From Octopus sinensis (taxonomy: Eukaryota), in contig NC_043005.1 in assembly GCF_006345805.1 (NCBI RefSeq), positions 93,930,001 through 93,994,000 on the forward strand: DNA of 64,000 bases, read 5' to 3'. The stretch's first letter is position 1. Each line of letters starts with the position of its first letter. This document shows positions 11,745 through 25,387 of this stretch, in pieces. The notes beneath the pieces were generated by a model. That model had not been told where the DNA came from. It saw nothing but the letters and a program-made list of their open reading frames with translations, and ran no database searches. A program made the position numbers and the translations under genes.

Positions 11745-13170
11745 TATCATCGTCATCGTTTAATGTCCGCTTTCCATGCTAGCATGGGTTGGACAAATGA
11801 CTGAGGGCCGGCAAACCAGATGGCTGCACCAGGCTTCAATCTTGATCTGGCAGAGTTTCTACAGCTGGATGCCCTTCCTAACGCCAACCACTCTGAGAGT
11901 GTAGTGGGTGCTTTTACATGCCACCGGCACAGGTGCCAGTAAGGCGATGTTGGTAACGATCACATTCAAATGGTGACTTTTACAGGCCACCGGCACAGGT
12001 GCCAGTAAGGCGATGCTGGTAACGATCACGTTCAAATGGTGTCTTTTACATGCCACCGGCACGGAGGCCAGATAGCCACTCTATCGAATTTGATTTTGAT
12101 CTTTGATTTCACTTGCCTCAACAATTCTTCGCAAGCTGAGTTTTAGTGTCCAAAGAAGGAAAAGGTACGCATAAGTGGGCTGGTAACACCCCTGGCATAG
12201 GCCACAAGATCATGGTCTCATTTGGCTTGCTGGGTCTTGTCACGCACGGCATATTTCCAAAAGTCTCGGTCACTAGTCATTTCTTCAGTGAGGCCCAAAG
12301 TTCGAAGGTTGTGCTTCACCACTTCATCCCAGGTCTTCATGGGTCTACCTCTTCCACAGGTTCCCTCAACTGCTACGGTGTGGCACTTTTTCACACAGCT
12401 GTCCTCATCCATTCTTGCCACATGACCATACCAGCGCAGTTGTCTCTCTTGCACACCACATCTGATGCTTCTTAGGTCCACAATTTCTCTCAAGGTACTT
12501 ACACTCTGTCGAGTATGCACACTGACATTACACATCCATCGGATCATACTGGCTTCATTCCTTGCAAGATTACTCGTCCTCAGCAATCACAGCCCATGTT
12601 TCACTGCCATGTAGCATGGCTGTTCGTACACATGCGTCATACAGTCTACCTCTTACTCTGAGAGAGAGGCCCTTTGTTACCAACAGAGGTAAGAGCTCTC
12701 TGAACTTTGCCCAAGCTATTCTTATTCTAGCAGTTACACTTTCAGCGCACCCACCTCCGCTACTGACTTGGTCACCTAGGTAACGGAAGCTATCAACTAA
12801 TTCTAGTTTTCCTCCCTGGAATGTGGCAGAAGTTGTTCTCTGCGCATTTTCAGTGTTTATTGCTCCCGAGCATCTGCCACATACAAAAACTATCTTCCTA
12901 GTTAGCCTCCCTTTGATATTACTGCACCTCTTATGTGTCCATAGCTTACCCTGGGTACATCTTATAGAGTTTCTACCTACACCTCTACTACAGATTGAGC
13001 AGGGCCATCTACCTGAATGGATTTTTGGTTTGCCTGCCTTCCTACTTATTAGGACTTTGGTTTTAGCTAGGTTGACTCTAAGGCCCTTCAATTCTAATCC
13101 TTGTTTCCACACCTGAAACTTCTCCTCCAGTTCTGATAGTGAATCAGCAATTAGAGCAAGGTCATCAGCA
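11745..13170 (-). mobile_element. RTE-clade LINE, 5'-truncated (RT C-terminus, 3' UTR, tail)
   Basis: ORFs 12570-13112 and 12218-12586: GLRVNLAKTKV, FRYLGD, RIRIAWAKFRELLPLL, QLRWYGHVARM, GRGRPMKTW. Tandem UTR repeats of about 59 bp. Confidence 0.9.
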
Positions 13171-13184
13171 TAGAGGAGCTATAT

Positions 13185-13542
13185 ACACTGTCCGTTCGTG
13201 ACCGTTTGCCAGCTCTGTCTGGCCCCGTGTTGGTGACACGTAAAAGCACCATCCGTTCGTGTCCGTTGCCAGCATCGCCTGGCCCCGTGCCAGTGACACG
13301 TAAAAGCACCATCCGTTCGTGGCCGTTGTGCCAGCTCTGTCTGGCACCTGTGCAGGTGGCACGTAAAAAACACCCACTACACTCGCGGAGTGGTTGGCGT
13401 TAGGAAGGGCATCCAGCCGTAGAAACACTGCCAAATCTAACTGGGCCTGATGAAGCCTTCCGGCTTCACAGACCCCAGTTAAACTGTCCAACCCATGCTA
13501 GCATGGAAAACGGACGCTAAATGATGATGATGATGATGATGA

Positions 13543-13545
<3 letters not shown>
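13185..13545 (+). mobile_element. RTE-type 3' UTR with three ~59-bp tandem units and (TGA)n tail
   Basis: ccgttcgtg..gccagc...ctggccccgtg..gtgacacgtaaaagcaccat x3, then the shared tail. Confidence 0.7.
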
Positions 13546-13585
<40 letters not shown>

Positions 13586-13591
<6 letters not shown>

Positions 13592-13881
13592 CACGTGATC
13601 ACGTGACCGACCAGACCATCAGATGTTGCTACACATCACTGGTCACAATGCATTCGCATTGTTTTTAGCCTTCGAATGACGCCACCCCGCTGGCTAAGCG
13701 AGCAGGCCAACAGAAGAAAGAGTGAGAGAAAGAGTGGTGAAAGAGTACAGCAGGGATCACCACCCCCTGCCGGAGCCTCGTGGAGCTTTTAGGTGTTTTC
13801 GCTCAACAAACACACACAAACGCCCGGTCTGGGAATCGAAACCGCGAGTCTGCTGCCCTAACCACTGGGCCATTGTGCCTC

Positions 13882-13882
<1 letters not shown>
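13586..13882 (-). mobile_element. tRNA-derived SINE (second family)
   Basis: Minus-strand head ggaggcacaaTGGCCCAGTGGttagggcagcagactcgcGGTTTCGATTCCcagacc has Pol III A-box and B-box-like motifs. Confidence 0.7.
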
Positions 13883-13938
<56 letters not shown>

Positions 13939-15870
13939 CATATATATGTGGTGTATATATAAAGGGAGTTTTGGGGAGTGGCTATTTGAGGTGTTCTCTG
14001 TCATTTTGTATTTATGTCTGAAAGGGACAAAAGCACTAAATAATACATTTTATCCAAATCCTGACTACCTTCTTTTTCTTAAAATATAAAATCGTATATA
14101 TATAAAAGGTATGAATTTTCTGTAAGAAACCATTCATGATATGAATCCCTAAAAGAGATGAACGTGCTAAATAAATAGTCTTTATCTAAATCCTAACTAA
14201 TTTTTCTGAATATATATCTATACTATAATGGAGGAAGCTGCTTATTAATTAGGTGCTGCATCACTTTTGTTAAGTTTTGTCAGTGAACACATTGCAGTTT
14301 CAAAGCAACGAAAATATTTGACATAAATGGGTATTTGTGTGTTCTTGAATGGTTTGCAAATATCTTCCATGCTGTAAACTGTTTTTCTTTCAGCACAGGA
14401 TCTCACACCTCAGTAAGTTTTTAAAATCACTGTGATTAAATGCCAGCAATGGACCTTCTTAGGCTCTCCAATATTTTAATTTCTAAACAGAAGCAATCGG
14501 GGGCAGGGAGTGGGGTTGCAAAGAAATTCCTTATTTCTCAAATTTTGTTTTTTATAGCATATAAATGTATTTATGGGGGAAAATATTGAAAAACATCAAT
14601 ACATGCAAGAGTGCTAAAGAAACAAGGAGAGCTGTCTTCGAATGTACTAGAAAAAACAGCCAAATCACCCTTAAATCACTTTTCCTTCTGAAAATATTAA
14701 CAATTCAAAAAAATTTTTATACCGAAAATGCTCTTCCCATGGTTTTGAAATGAAGGAAGAAAAAAAAGTCAAAATATGTCCAGAGAGGGATGGTGAGGGA
14801 GGTGGGGGTGTTAAAAGAAAGTTTTGAAAACTTTTTCATACAAAGATGCCCCTCCCCCAACACCATCTTTTTGAAAGCTGTGGTTTAAAAAAATTGGGGA
14901 AAATCCCCCCCAAATTTCTTTATAATCATAATCTATGCCATTTGAAAGGGATTTGTATAAAATTTCATTAAAAGATTGTGAATTTTTTTGAAACTCTTCT
15001 TGCCACCCCCTCACAAAAATTCTTTCCCATAAATCCCTATATACTCTGAAGCCACACCATTTAAGTGGTATTTGTAGAAAAAGTATTTAAAGTCAGGGGC
15101 GTATACATCTGTATCTATACGATTTTTTCATTTCATGCTTATTTCATTCATTGTTTGCAATGTTCTCAACACACACACACCCACTGCAAAGATGGGCCGC
15201 TGAATTGAAATCTCTATGTTGCTTTGAGAGGAGGGTAAAACTTGACAAACTGCTTCTTCCGCTGTTGTTGGACTACCGTGATGTTTGTTTAAAAAGGAGA
15301 GATTATGACAGTGATAAAAATAATGAAAGCAATATTTACTAAGCACATGAGCACTATTATACAAAGAAATAATTAGGCATAAAATATAAAAATTATTAGA
15401 AATTGGAATCAAAAGTGAAAATATTATCAAGGAGCTAGCAGAAAAACCACCTGGAGGATGGTCTTTCTACTAGTATATATAATGAAAATCATTGAGGTAA
15501 GTTTTTTTATGGCTGAATGCTTTTTTTGTTGTTAACTCACCCTTGTTTCTAAGCAGGATATTATTTTCCCTATTTTTTTTTTTTAACATGACCAGCTCAA
15601 TGGCCAGACATGTTTCAAGGAAAATTGCAAACAAACGAAACCATTTTGTTTACTACAATCAAAACTAACTCAGCTAAAGATGCAGCTTCTACATAAGCAA
15701 ATATGAAGTTTCTATAACACCATCACCAATATTCATCATCATCATCATCATTTAACATCCGTTTTCCATGCTGGCAAATCTACATCATATTAACAACAAC
15801 TGGGAATAAAGGAAACCAGGATGGAAAAGTCATGAAAAGCTAAAAAATGCAATAATGAGAAATTACTTAC

Positions 15871-15950
15871 GCTTTGTCACCAGATCGGTTGACAACCACA
15901 AGGTATTTTGAGATCTTTTTACCATTATCAACAAGACCAGCTCGGACACT
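15871..15950 (-). CDS. OCRL/INPP5B: Second coding exon of the OCRL/INPP5B-like gene (SVRAGLVDNGKKISKYLVVVNRSGDKA)
   Basis: Acceptor ttttatgcAG at 15952-15951 and donor GTAAGT at 15870-15865. The 80-nt exon is open in phase 0 to phase 2 and continues the exon 1 reading frame. Confidence 0.78.
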
Positions 15951-17149
15951 CTGCATAAAACTGGGTTAAGGAAATTGGCAGAAGAGAAAAAGTTTTAAAA
16001 AATACTGGATGTCAATATTTTCTTTTTAAATCAATTTATGAGAATGGTTAATATAATTAATCATGAACTAAGACATTGAGAATATCACATGGTATTTACT
16101 AATGGTAATTTGGGTAAATTAATTGACCCTGAATCATTGGGATTCAATTCCCTTCCTCTTATCACCCATACAGTCTCCTGCTCATCTTTCATCCTCAGAA
16201 CATCATCCTTCTCTAATTCCTATCCCTTCCATGGTTCTCCTGTAGGCATCAACTTGCAGTTCTTCAAGAAGAACATCAGCCAAATTAACCCTTCTGATAT
16301 CAATCTGCCTGAAATTACCCCCAGTTCTAGGATACAAACTTCATGTTTTAAAGTGATCTTTAAAGTTAATTTATGCTCAGACACTCGCTTAATAACGACC
16401 CTTTATTGCTAAATTCTTCATGGTTTTCAAAATTAATTGAAACAAATGCAGTATGTTTCAACAGAAATATTTTTAACAAAAGGGTTGAAGTGATCCAAAT
16501 TAAAACCTTCCATCAAAATTGCTCGTTAATTGATGTTAATAACACCAGCTGCATAATAAAGTTGTTATCAATTTCTTCATTATTTCAAAAATATTTCCCC
16601 ACAAATATGGTAATAAAAGGGTTAAATTCACTTGTCTGTGATTATCATAGGTTTAGAATCTTTCCCTTGTGTAAACCATTAAAAAAAACCCTTAAAACTA
16701 AGGATTTATTGATGTTTTTAAGCCCTCCTCCTTTAAAATGAGTTGCAAATGAAGTGGTAAGGTATTAGGTTGAATCAATCAAGACAAAACAAGATCTGAT
16801 TTATTGCCTGGAATATCCTTCATTTGAGGATCACTTTAGACAAGATATCAAATTACTTTGTTATTGACTTATCTTCATGGCAAGCTCATTTGTTGTCTTG
16901 AACATAGTTTTACTCAGAGAACTTTACTACAAACATATTTTAGAAGCTTTGGTGCATGCAATGTAAAACAAAAAAAAAAGTATTCACATAGTTTAACCTA
17001 GTATTTTATCACTTTTACTCTTGTGGAACTTTTGAAATACATTCCAAGTCTCAGAAAATCCTACATAAAAATTATTTATTTTAATTATTTTCTTTCCCTT
17101 TCATTAAGTTAAATTTCCCAAGAGAATACATAAATCATAAAACTACTTT

Positions 17150-19322
17150 CAAATGTTGACTCAGTAGAGGGACCATCTATCCGAATAGACAGCACCCTGG
17201 TGGATAAAGCAATTAAGGGTATGAAGCTTGTAAAAGCCCCTGGCCCATCAGGAATCACTGCTGAGATGCTTAAAATATCTGGTGGCGTGGGTTATGGCTT
17301 AGTCACACGTATTGTAATCAGGTAGTTCATAATAGAGTCATACCCAATGACTGGCGTAGCAGCACCATAGTCAACTGTTACAAGGGTAAGGGTGATCCCT
17401 TAGATAGAAATAACTACAGGGGTATGAAACTGCTGGATCAGGTGATGAAGGTCATGGAGAGGGTCATAGCCCAACTAATTAGGGAGAGAGTCTGTTTAGA
17501 CGAGATGCAGTTTGGTTTTGTGCTGGGTAGAAGCACCACTGATGCTATATTCCTGGTACGGCAACTGCAGGAGAAATACCTAGCCAAAGATAAACCCCTA
17601 TACATGGCTTTTGTAGACTTGGAGAAAACCTTTGACAGGGTCCCCCAATCCCTTATCTGGTGGGCCCTCTTATTCATCATAGTCCTCCAGGTAATAACAG
17701 AGGAATTCAAGACAGGTCACTCCTGGGAGCTTCTCTATGCTGATGACCTAATCCTCATACTAGAATCACTGCCAGAACTAGAAGAAATTTCAGGTGTAGA
17801 AGCAAGGTTTAGAATCGAAGGGCCTTAGAGTCAATGTCACAAAAACCAACGTCTTAGTAAGTAAGAAGGTGAACACATCATGCACCCCTTCGGGTAGATG
17901 GCCGTGCTTGATCTGTAGAAAAGGTGTAGATAGAAACTCTATAAGATGTAATCAGTGTAAGCTATGGATGCCTAAGAGGTGCAGCAACATCAAAGGAAGA
18001 TTAACCGGGAAGATAGCTTTCATGTGCAGCAGATGCACAGGAGCAATAAACATCACAGATGCTCAGAAAACAGATTCCTTCACATGCCAAGGGGAGAAAC
18101 CAGAAGTAGTTGATAGCTTCTGTTACCTAGGCAACCAAGTCTGTAGTGGGGGTGAATGCTGAGAGCGTTACCACTAGAATAAGAATAGCCTGGGCAAAGT
18201 TCAGAAAAATCCTACCTCTACTGGTGACAGAGGGCCTCTCTCTCAGAGTGAAAGGTACATTGTACGATGCATGTGTGCAAACTGCCATGCTTCACAGCGG
18301 TGAAACATGGGTCGTGACTGCTGAAGACATGTGTAAGCTCAAAAGAAATGAAGCTAGCATGATCTGTTGAATGTGTAATGTCAGTGTGCATACATGACAG
18401 AATGTAAGCGCTCTGAGAGAAATGTTGGACATAAGCAGCATTGGATGTGGTATGTACGTGACCATACCTGCGCTGGTATGGTCACGTACTACAGATGGAT
18501 GAGGAGAGCTGTATGAAGAAGTGTCACTTCTAAACAGTGGAAGGAACCTGTGATAGAGGGAGACCTAGGAAGACATGGGATGAGGTGGTGAAGCATGACC
18601 TTCTAACGTTGGGCCTCACAGAGGCAATGACGAAAGACCAAGATCTCTGGAGATATGCTGTGACAGAGAAGACCCAGCAAATAAAATGAGATCACAGCTG
18701 TAGCCTACGCCAGTGTCGCATAACCAGCCCACTCAAAAAGTACCTTTGGATCATAGGGCCACATGCTGTGCTTGAGGAGACCTATTGAATCAAGTACATC
18801 AACATCAAATCAAACCACAATCAAATGGAAATTGTGATTGTGGCTGATGCCAGCACTGCCTGTCAGGCACCCCGTGCCAGTGGCACATAAAAAACACCAT
18901 CCAAACATGGTTGATGCCATCCCCCTCACCCTGACTGGCTTCTGTGCCAGTGACATGTAAAGAGCACCATTTGAATGTGACTGATGTCAGTGTCACATTG
19001 ACTGGCTCCTGTGCTGGTGACACATGAAAAGTACAATCCGAATGTGACCGACGTCAGTGCCCCTTGACTGGCTCCTGTGCCAGTGACATGTAAAAGCATC
19101 ATCCAAATGTGGTCAATGCCAGCCCCTTCTGGCCCCTATGCCATTTGACATGTATAAACCACCCACTATACTCTCGGAGTGGTCGGTGTTAGGAAGGGCA
19201 TCTAGCTGTAGAAACACTGCCAGATCAGATTGGAGCCTGGTGCAGTCTCCTGGCTTCCCAGACCCTAGTCGAACCATTCAACCCATGCTAGCATGGAAAA
19301 CAGACATTAAACGATGATGATG
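17150..19322 (+). mobile_element. RTE-clade LINE, decayed, with an internal deletion in RT
   Basis: KAPGPSGITAEMLK; QFGFVLGRSTTDAIFLVRQLQEKY; AFVDLEKTFDRVP; LLYADDL. 3' UTR repeats and tail to about 19322. Confidence 0.9.
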
Positions 19323-20379
19323 AATTAAACACACACACAAAAAAACACTCACATAGACCAGTTATATGCAAATACCTCGCAATCAAGTAATTTTGGATTT
19401 AGTTCCACAGTTTAGCATCTTGGGTAAGTTTCTTCTACTATAGCCCTGGGTCAACCAAAACCTTGTAAATGGATTTAGTAGACAGGAACTGAAAGATACC
19501 TATCATATGTGTATACATGTGTAAGTATATATTTACTTTGTTTGTATGCATTTTTCACTGACTGTAAACAATGCTTGCAGTCTGTATGGAAAGCATGTAT
19601 GGAAAGCATGGAAAGCATGTCCAGACTATTTGTTAAGAGAAAGGGCTTTTGAAAATTTTGCTCCTGTCACATGCCAGCATGGAAAAGCAGGCATTAAAAC
19701 AATGATGATAATGACAATATGTGCAAATATATTTATCTCTATTTCTCCCTCGTGAGCTTGTGAAATCATAGGATTCCAGTAAGACTAGTTTAATCTGTAA
19801 CAATAAACAATTTTAATTATAGAAAATTATAAATTTTTTCATTTATTGTTAGTCAATAAATAAAGCATGATTACGAAGGTTTTATATTTCACCTTAAAAA
19901 TTTGAAAAAATTATATTTGCAGTAGTTCAGCAGTTCTCAACTATTTTATAATTCAGTGCCCCCACCACCACCACCACACTTCAATGAATGATGTTTTACA
20001 TATATACCTTGTCTCCATGTTTTGGCAATCACTACCACCAAAGCAGATTATTTTAATTAAACAAAACCTGGTTTTGATCATTGATTTAATATCCTATTTG
20101 TTTATATGATTTTTCATGTTAGCATAGGTTTGATGGGCAGGTACTGAAGGCAGAATTTTTTTATGCTTAGATACTCTTCCTGTTACACTTATCTGTTTTT
20201 CGAGTAAAAGAAATTTTTTTATTTTATTGTAGAAGAATTTGTAAACCCAGAGCTAATGGATTTGTTTATAATGTCAAGAGATGTCACCAATCGCAGCCTA
20301 GTTACAAACTGTCACCAGTGTTTGCAACCCAGCTCCAAGTAGTGATGGTCATCATATGCAGCCAGAGTCCAGCACAGAT

Positions 20380-20570
20380 TGTAGCCATTCACTCCACCTC
20401 ACTGGCACACACAAATGAATTCCTTTCGGTTTCTACCCAACAAATTTCTTCACAAAGAATTGGTCATCTCAGGGTAGAAGACATTTGTTTAAGGTGCCTT
20501 CAGTGGGCCTGAACCAAAAGACATAATTGAGAAGTGAACTTCTTAACCACACATCCATACCTGTGCCTTA
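20380..20570 (-). mobile_element. Decayed SINE family B head
   Basis: tcctttcggtttctacc...gtgggcctgaacc...ttaaccacacatccatacctgtgcc is the reverse complement of the family B head. Confidence 0.5.
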
Positions 20571-21479
20571 TATAATGACATGTTAATGGACTTTGCCACA
20601 TCAACACTCATGTCACTGTTCACTGATAACACAATGGCCTACTCAGTCTTCAGTCGAAAAGATGTTTTTTTTTAAAAATGTGTTGTACTTGATTTAAATA
20701 TTTTATCTCTCACAAAAATCACGATTCTTCTAAACACCCAGCAAGCCACCTCCCTATTACACTCCTTTGACATTTACTTGTCCTCTAGTGGGTTCACAAT
20801 GCCTTCCACCACCACTAACAAAGAGGTGCTATCTCCCAGGGTAAGAACCACTGAAGTAATTGAAACAATTGTTACTGGGTTAAATACTTTATATTTGTTG
20901 GGAAAATACTTTATATATTTAATAACAAAAAACTTATTGGTTTAACATCCACTTTTCCAGGCTTGCAAATGTCAAATAGAATTTATTGAGGTAGATTTTC
21001 TATGGCTAAATATCCTTACCAAACCTCACCTGTTTCTAAGCAAGGTAACGTTTCCCCATGGCCAGATATATTTTCATGGGGGATTGGAAACAAATGATAC
21101 TGCTTGTATGGTGGGGATGCTTGTTTACAACTACCAAGCAATGTCAAATCAAGGACACACACACACATTTCATATTCAATGATTGAAAGGATAAAAATAG
21201 TTCAACTTGTATTGTGGATCACAAACGGTTGGCATTGATTGGTCAACCACATCAAAGGATGAACAAATGGAAACTGAGAAGTGCTATGTGATGTTTATAT
21301 TGAGGAGGGTGGAGACAGAGGACAACAATGTTTCAATGAGCCAATGTGACCAATGACTGAGGACAACCTGAGCTAGGTGAGATCTGTGGTTGGAGCAAGA
21401 AACCAGTCAGAGGTAATATGGTGGTGGAGTGGTACAGAAGATAGAGCCAGAAAGCTAAGAGACGGTGCCAGAAAGAATG

Positions 21480-21730
21480 ACAGAGTAGAAATGAGCTGAA
21501 GGAAATATGTCTAAGAATTATCAGATGTAGTGTGCAAGAGTGTGTAGTTTACTGATAGAAACACATGATGAAAATGGAAGAGAACAGCTGGGTAAAGAAG
21601 TTTCAAGCAATTTATGTAGAAGACATTTGTGGAAAAGGAAGACTGACAAAGTTTGGGAAGGAATGGTAAAAGCTGAGTCCAGGAAGCTGAAACTCTCGAA
21701 AGAGATGACAAAAAATAGCAACAAGTAGCT
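21480..21730 (+). mobile_element. Highly decayed RTE 3' fragment
   Basis: Resembles ...cagatgtagtgtgcaagag...gatgaaa...acagctgggtaaagaag...tggaaaaggaagac of other copies. Confidence 0.45.
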
Positions 21731-22699
21731 AGATATTGTGCTCCGCAACACCTGTCCAATCAATGTAAATATGGAAAAAAATGAAGGTAAAAATAAACAT
21801 CGATAATGACATTGATAATGATCTCTATTCTGTCAAATCTGATTTAATTGGAAGGAGAGAAAGAGTAGGAAAGCAGCTAATTTGAATATTTGTATAACAT
21901 GAGAAGGTATGAGAAAATTAATATACCATAATTGGTAACGATAAGATTTTGAATAGGAAATAATATAAAAAAAAAAGAGACGAAACTATTTCACCAACTC
22001 TTTCATCTAACTATGTGAAATACGTGTGTAGGAGAATGAAACAAAAGATCATATGCAGAAAAAAATTATTGGCTATAAATAATTAGCAGAGACAAACTGG
22101 CAAACTCTTTAATTGGTTTCAGTCATTGAACTGTGGCCATGGTGGAGCGCTGTCTTCCAAGTTTGAGTTGATAAAATTGACCTTCAGTGCCTACTTGAGA
22201 TCAGTCTGTTTTTGTTGAGCCAATAAGAAGACCAATGACATTTGCCAGGCATTAAGAAAAAAAACAAAAACAAACAATTTGATGGGCTTCCACATAGTTT
22301 GTGTTTACCAAATTCCACTCACAAGGTATTGATTGGTCTGACACTAACCCTAACTGTCCAAGGACAATTAAAACACAAACATACTCAGACACAACACACA
22401 CACGAACAAACACATATACACACATGCGCACACACAACACCTTGACAAATACCAATCACACACACAACACCAGGACAATCATAACAACACAAACATACTC
22501 AGACAGACACACACATAATATCCCCACCAACACAAAAAACACACAAGCATACACACGCACTCACAGATGCACACACTCGAACAAACACATACACACACAC
22601 AACGCCCTAAAACATATTAATCACACACACACAAACGTTCACACATATACACACACCTGGTATTAACTGCAGAACTCGAAATGTAGTTTACAGCATAAG

Positions 22700-22976
22700 A
22701 TGCATAGAAGGTGCTTGTAAAGACATGAACATGATGTACATAGGGGAGACGTCTAGGAACATTGTGGAACAGATAAATGAACATCTAAGACAATATGACG
22801 ACAGAAAACAGTCCTCCATACTCTACCAGCATGCCAAAGACCACCATGGAGGCAACTTGGGTCAACTTGACATCCGCATCTTATCCAAGCACCCAAAAGA
22901 CCCAACACTCAGACAAATACAGGAGTATGTCTTTATAAATGAAACCTCCCCAATACTAAATAGGAAATATACATAG
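22700..22976 (+). mobile_element. Penelope-like element GIY-YIG endonuclease fragment
   Basis: MYIGETSRNIVEQINEH...SSILYQHAKDHH...RQIQEYVFINETSPILNRK, flanked by CA-rich tracts. Confidence 0.7.
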
Positions 22977-23706
22977 CAGATATCGTACCTCCGTACCCAC
23001 AGTTCACACAGGTAGAGTAGAATAGTTAGTGGGCTGTTATGTAGATAGATGTATGTATGTGTGGGAGTGAGTGTGTGTATGGACATGTACTTTTCTTTTT
23101 GTATGTAAGCATATGGATATGAAAATAAACAGATCAACATACAGACAGATAGGTACATAGGTTATAAGAGCAGACAAGCACACATATGCAAATGGAGACT
23201 GAAACACATGACCATATACACACACACACTTTACTCCACACAAGGACACATATGGAGACACGGATCCACACATACAGAGATGCACATCCATACATACAAA
23301 CATGGTACATAGTTGCATAACACACACAAGGAGACAGAGGTGCATACATATACAAATACACACACGCATACATAGAAAATACACAAACACAGACATGCAA
23401 GCACACACACAGGATACATCCATACAGATGCACACATATATACATATGCATACACACATATACACATACAATGCAAACATACATATGTACATGCATAGGC
23501 ACACACACACTAACCCACACATGCACACAAACAAAAGGGAACACAGTGTAAATAATGGACAGAGTCAAGACTATTGAAAAGGTTGCAAGACAACGAAAAT
23601 TTTAGGAAAATAAAAATAAGGAATAAATGGAAATTTTACCGGTGAGTGTGTTACATTATAAGACTCTAAAAGAAAATGAGTCTCCCCTGACACAACAGAA
23701 TATATA

Positions 23707-23758
<52 letters not shown>

Positions 23759-23790
23759 CTATATATATATATATATATATATACTTAATA

Positions 23791-24471
23791 ATTAGGGTTC
23801 AGCAAAGATTTGCTTTACCACATACCGAAGTTTAGAAATAGCAGCCAAAAAACGTTAGCTATTTCTTCTACTTTAAAAAGGGACTCCCAGAAAGACCAAA
23901 ATACTTGAAAACAATCCACACAGGCAGAGAGGAAAAGTAACGAAAATCAATCAATATCTGGTCACCTATGGTGACCATAGGTACATAGGTTATAAGAGCA
24001 GACAAGCACACATATGCAAATGGAGACTGAAACACATGACCATATATACACACACACTTTATTCCACACAAGGACACATATGAAGACACGGATCCACACA
24101 TACAGAGATGCACATCCATACATACAAACATGGTACATAGTTGCATAACACACACACACACAGACATGCACACACAAGGAGACAGAGGTGCATACATATA
24201 CAAATACACACTTACACACACGCATACATAGAAAATACACAAACACAGACATGCAAGCACATGAATATGCAGGATACATACATCTGGTCACCATAGGTGA
24301 CCAGATATTGATTGATTTTCGTTACTTTTCCTCTCTGCCTGTGTGGTTTGTTTTCAAGTATTTTGGTCTTTCTGGGAGTCCCTTTTTAAAGTAGAAGAAA
24401 TAGCTAACGTTTTTTGGCTGCTATTTCTAAACTTCGGTATGTGGTAAAGCAAATCTTTGCTGAACCCTAAT
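23791..24471. repeat. Fold-back structure: 186-bp inverted arms around a ~310-bp copy of nearby sequence
   Basis: 23791-23976 is the reverse complement of 24286-24471 (1 mismatch seen). The spacer resembles 23149-23425. Confidence 0.85.
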
Positions 24472-24730
24472 GGGTACAACCTCTTCCGCAAGGACCGCAT
24501 TAACCGCCGTGGTGGTGGTGTGATGGTCGACGTTCGTTCAAATTTTTCAGTAATTCCTTGTGCCGATTTGAACGAATCACAAGAAGAAGTTTTTTTCTGT
24601 GACGTACGTATGACCATGTCAACAATCCTGCTTGGTGCTGTTTATCGTCCCCCAAATTACCATCGGGACACACAGCTTTGCGATATCCTCCGAGCTGCTG
24701 CCAGGAAAACAGCCACTTATGTTTTTATTG
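24472..24730 (+). mobile_element. CR1/L2-group LINE AP-endonuclease fragment
   Basis: GYNLFRKDRINRRGGGV...TILLGAVYRPPNYH; same family as 59386-62760. Confidence 0.8.
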
Positions 24731-24809
24731 AAATGATAATGATGCTACACTGTCCTTTGGTTTACATGGTTTATACTTTCACACTATTTTGGCTTGCATC
24801 CAATTTTTA

Positions 24810-25120
24810 TATCTTTTATTCTTTTACTTGTTTCAGCCATTTGACTGCGGCCATGCTGGAGCATTGCTTTGAAGAATTTTAGTCAAACACATCAAACCCC
24901 TAGTACTTATTTTTCCTAAAGCCAGGTACTCAATGTATCAGTCTCATCTGCTGAACTGCTAAGTTATGGAGATACATACACACCAACATCAATTGTCAAG
25001 CGGTGTGTGTGTGAGGGGACAAACACACGCACACATATGTACAATGGACTTCTTTCAGTTTAGTAAAAGACACTTGTCCAAGGTGCCACAGTGGGATTGA
25101 GCCTGGAAGCAAACTTCTTA
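24810..25120 (-). mobile_element. SINE family B, decayed, near full length
   Basis: Reverse complement of the tail (ttacttgtttcagccatttgactgcggccatgctggagc) and the head (gacacttgtccaaggtgccacagtggga). Confidence 0.65.
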
Positions 25121-25387
25121 AAGTCATTTCCTCATTTCTGTTTTCCTTCCACTTCATTTCTTTGAAATTGAGGTAGAACACATTCGAAAGTAACAGAATT
25201 AGAACAGTCATCTGTTTTTATATTTTGTTAAAAATATTGAATAACATTAGAACTTCAAGTGTCGAGGAAGTTTATTTCTCTTGAAATTAAAATTAATTTA
25301 ACTTCAAAAAAGGGAATGGTTCGACAGAAAGAGCAAAGGAGTTTAACAGGAACTAAGGAACTGTTATAATAAAAAAACCCAGTTATA

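Noticed and set aside
13185-13370. Short tandem units that could be mistaken for a CRISPR array
   Set aside because: Eukaryotic context with no unique spacers; these are LINE 3' UTR minisatellite units.
13447-13468. CTGATGA followed by a hairpin (tgaagcc-ttcc-ggcttca)
   Set aside because: No downstream GAAA or stem III; it is part of the RTE tail.
13820-13882. tRNA-like sequence
   Set aside because: It is a SINE head with A and B boxes, and no complete cloverleaf or acceptor stem is evident.
14069-14148. 80-nt AG...GT-bounded segment on the minus strand as candidate exon 3
   Set aside because: In-frame stop in the required phase and no similarity to the PH domain.
15370-15495. Possible third OCRL/INPP5B exon: minus-strand IFIIYTSRK and SLLIPISNNF resemble INPP5B LFLYTHRR...QIVPVSRDF
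   Set aside because: The two pieces are in different frames and there is no convincing acceptor in the right phase. It would need indel errors, so it needs RNA-seq before it can be called.
14394-15502. Plus-strand splice-like signals (19-nt microexon-like segment near 14394-14412; donor GAG|GTAAGT at 15497) suggesting an antisense gene
   Set aside because: No coherent reading frame or homology; such motifs arise by chance in AT-rich DNA.
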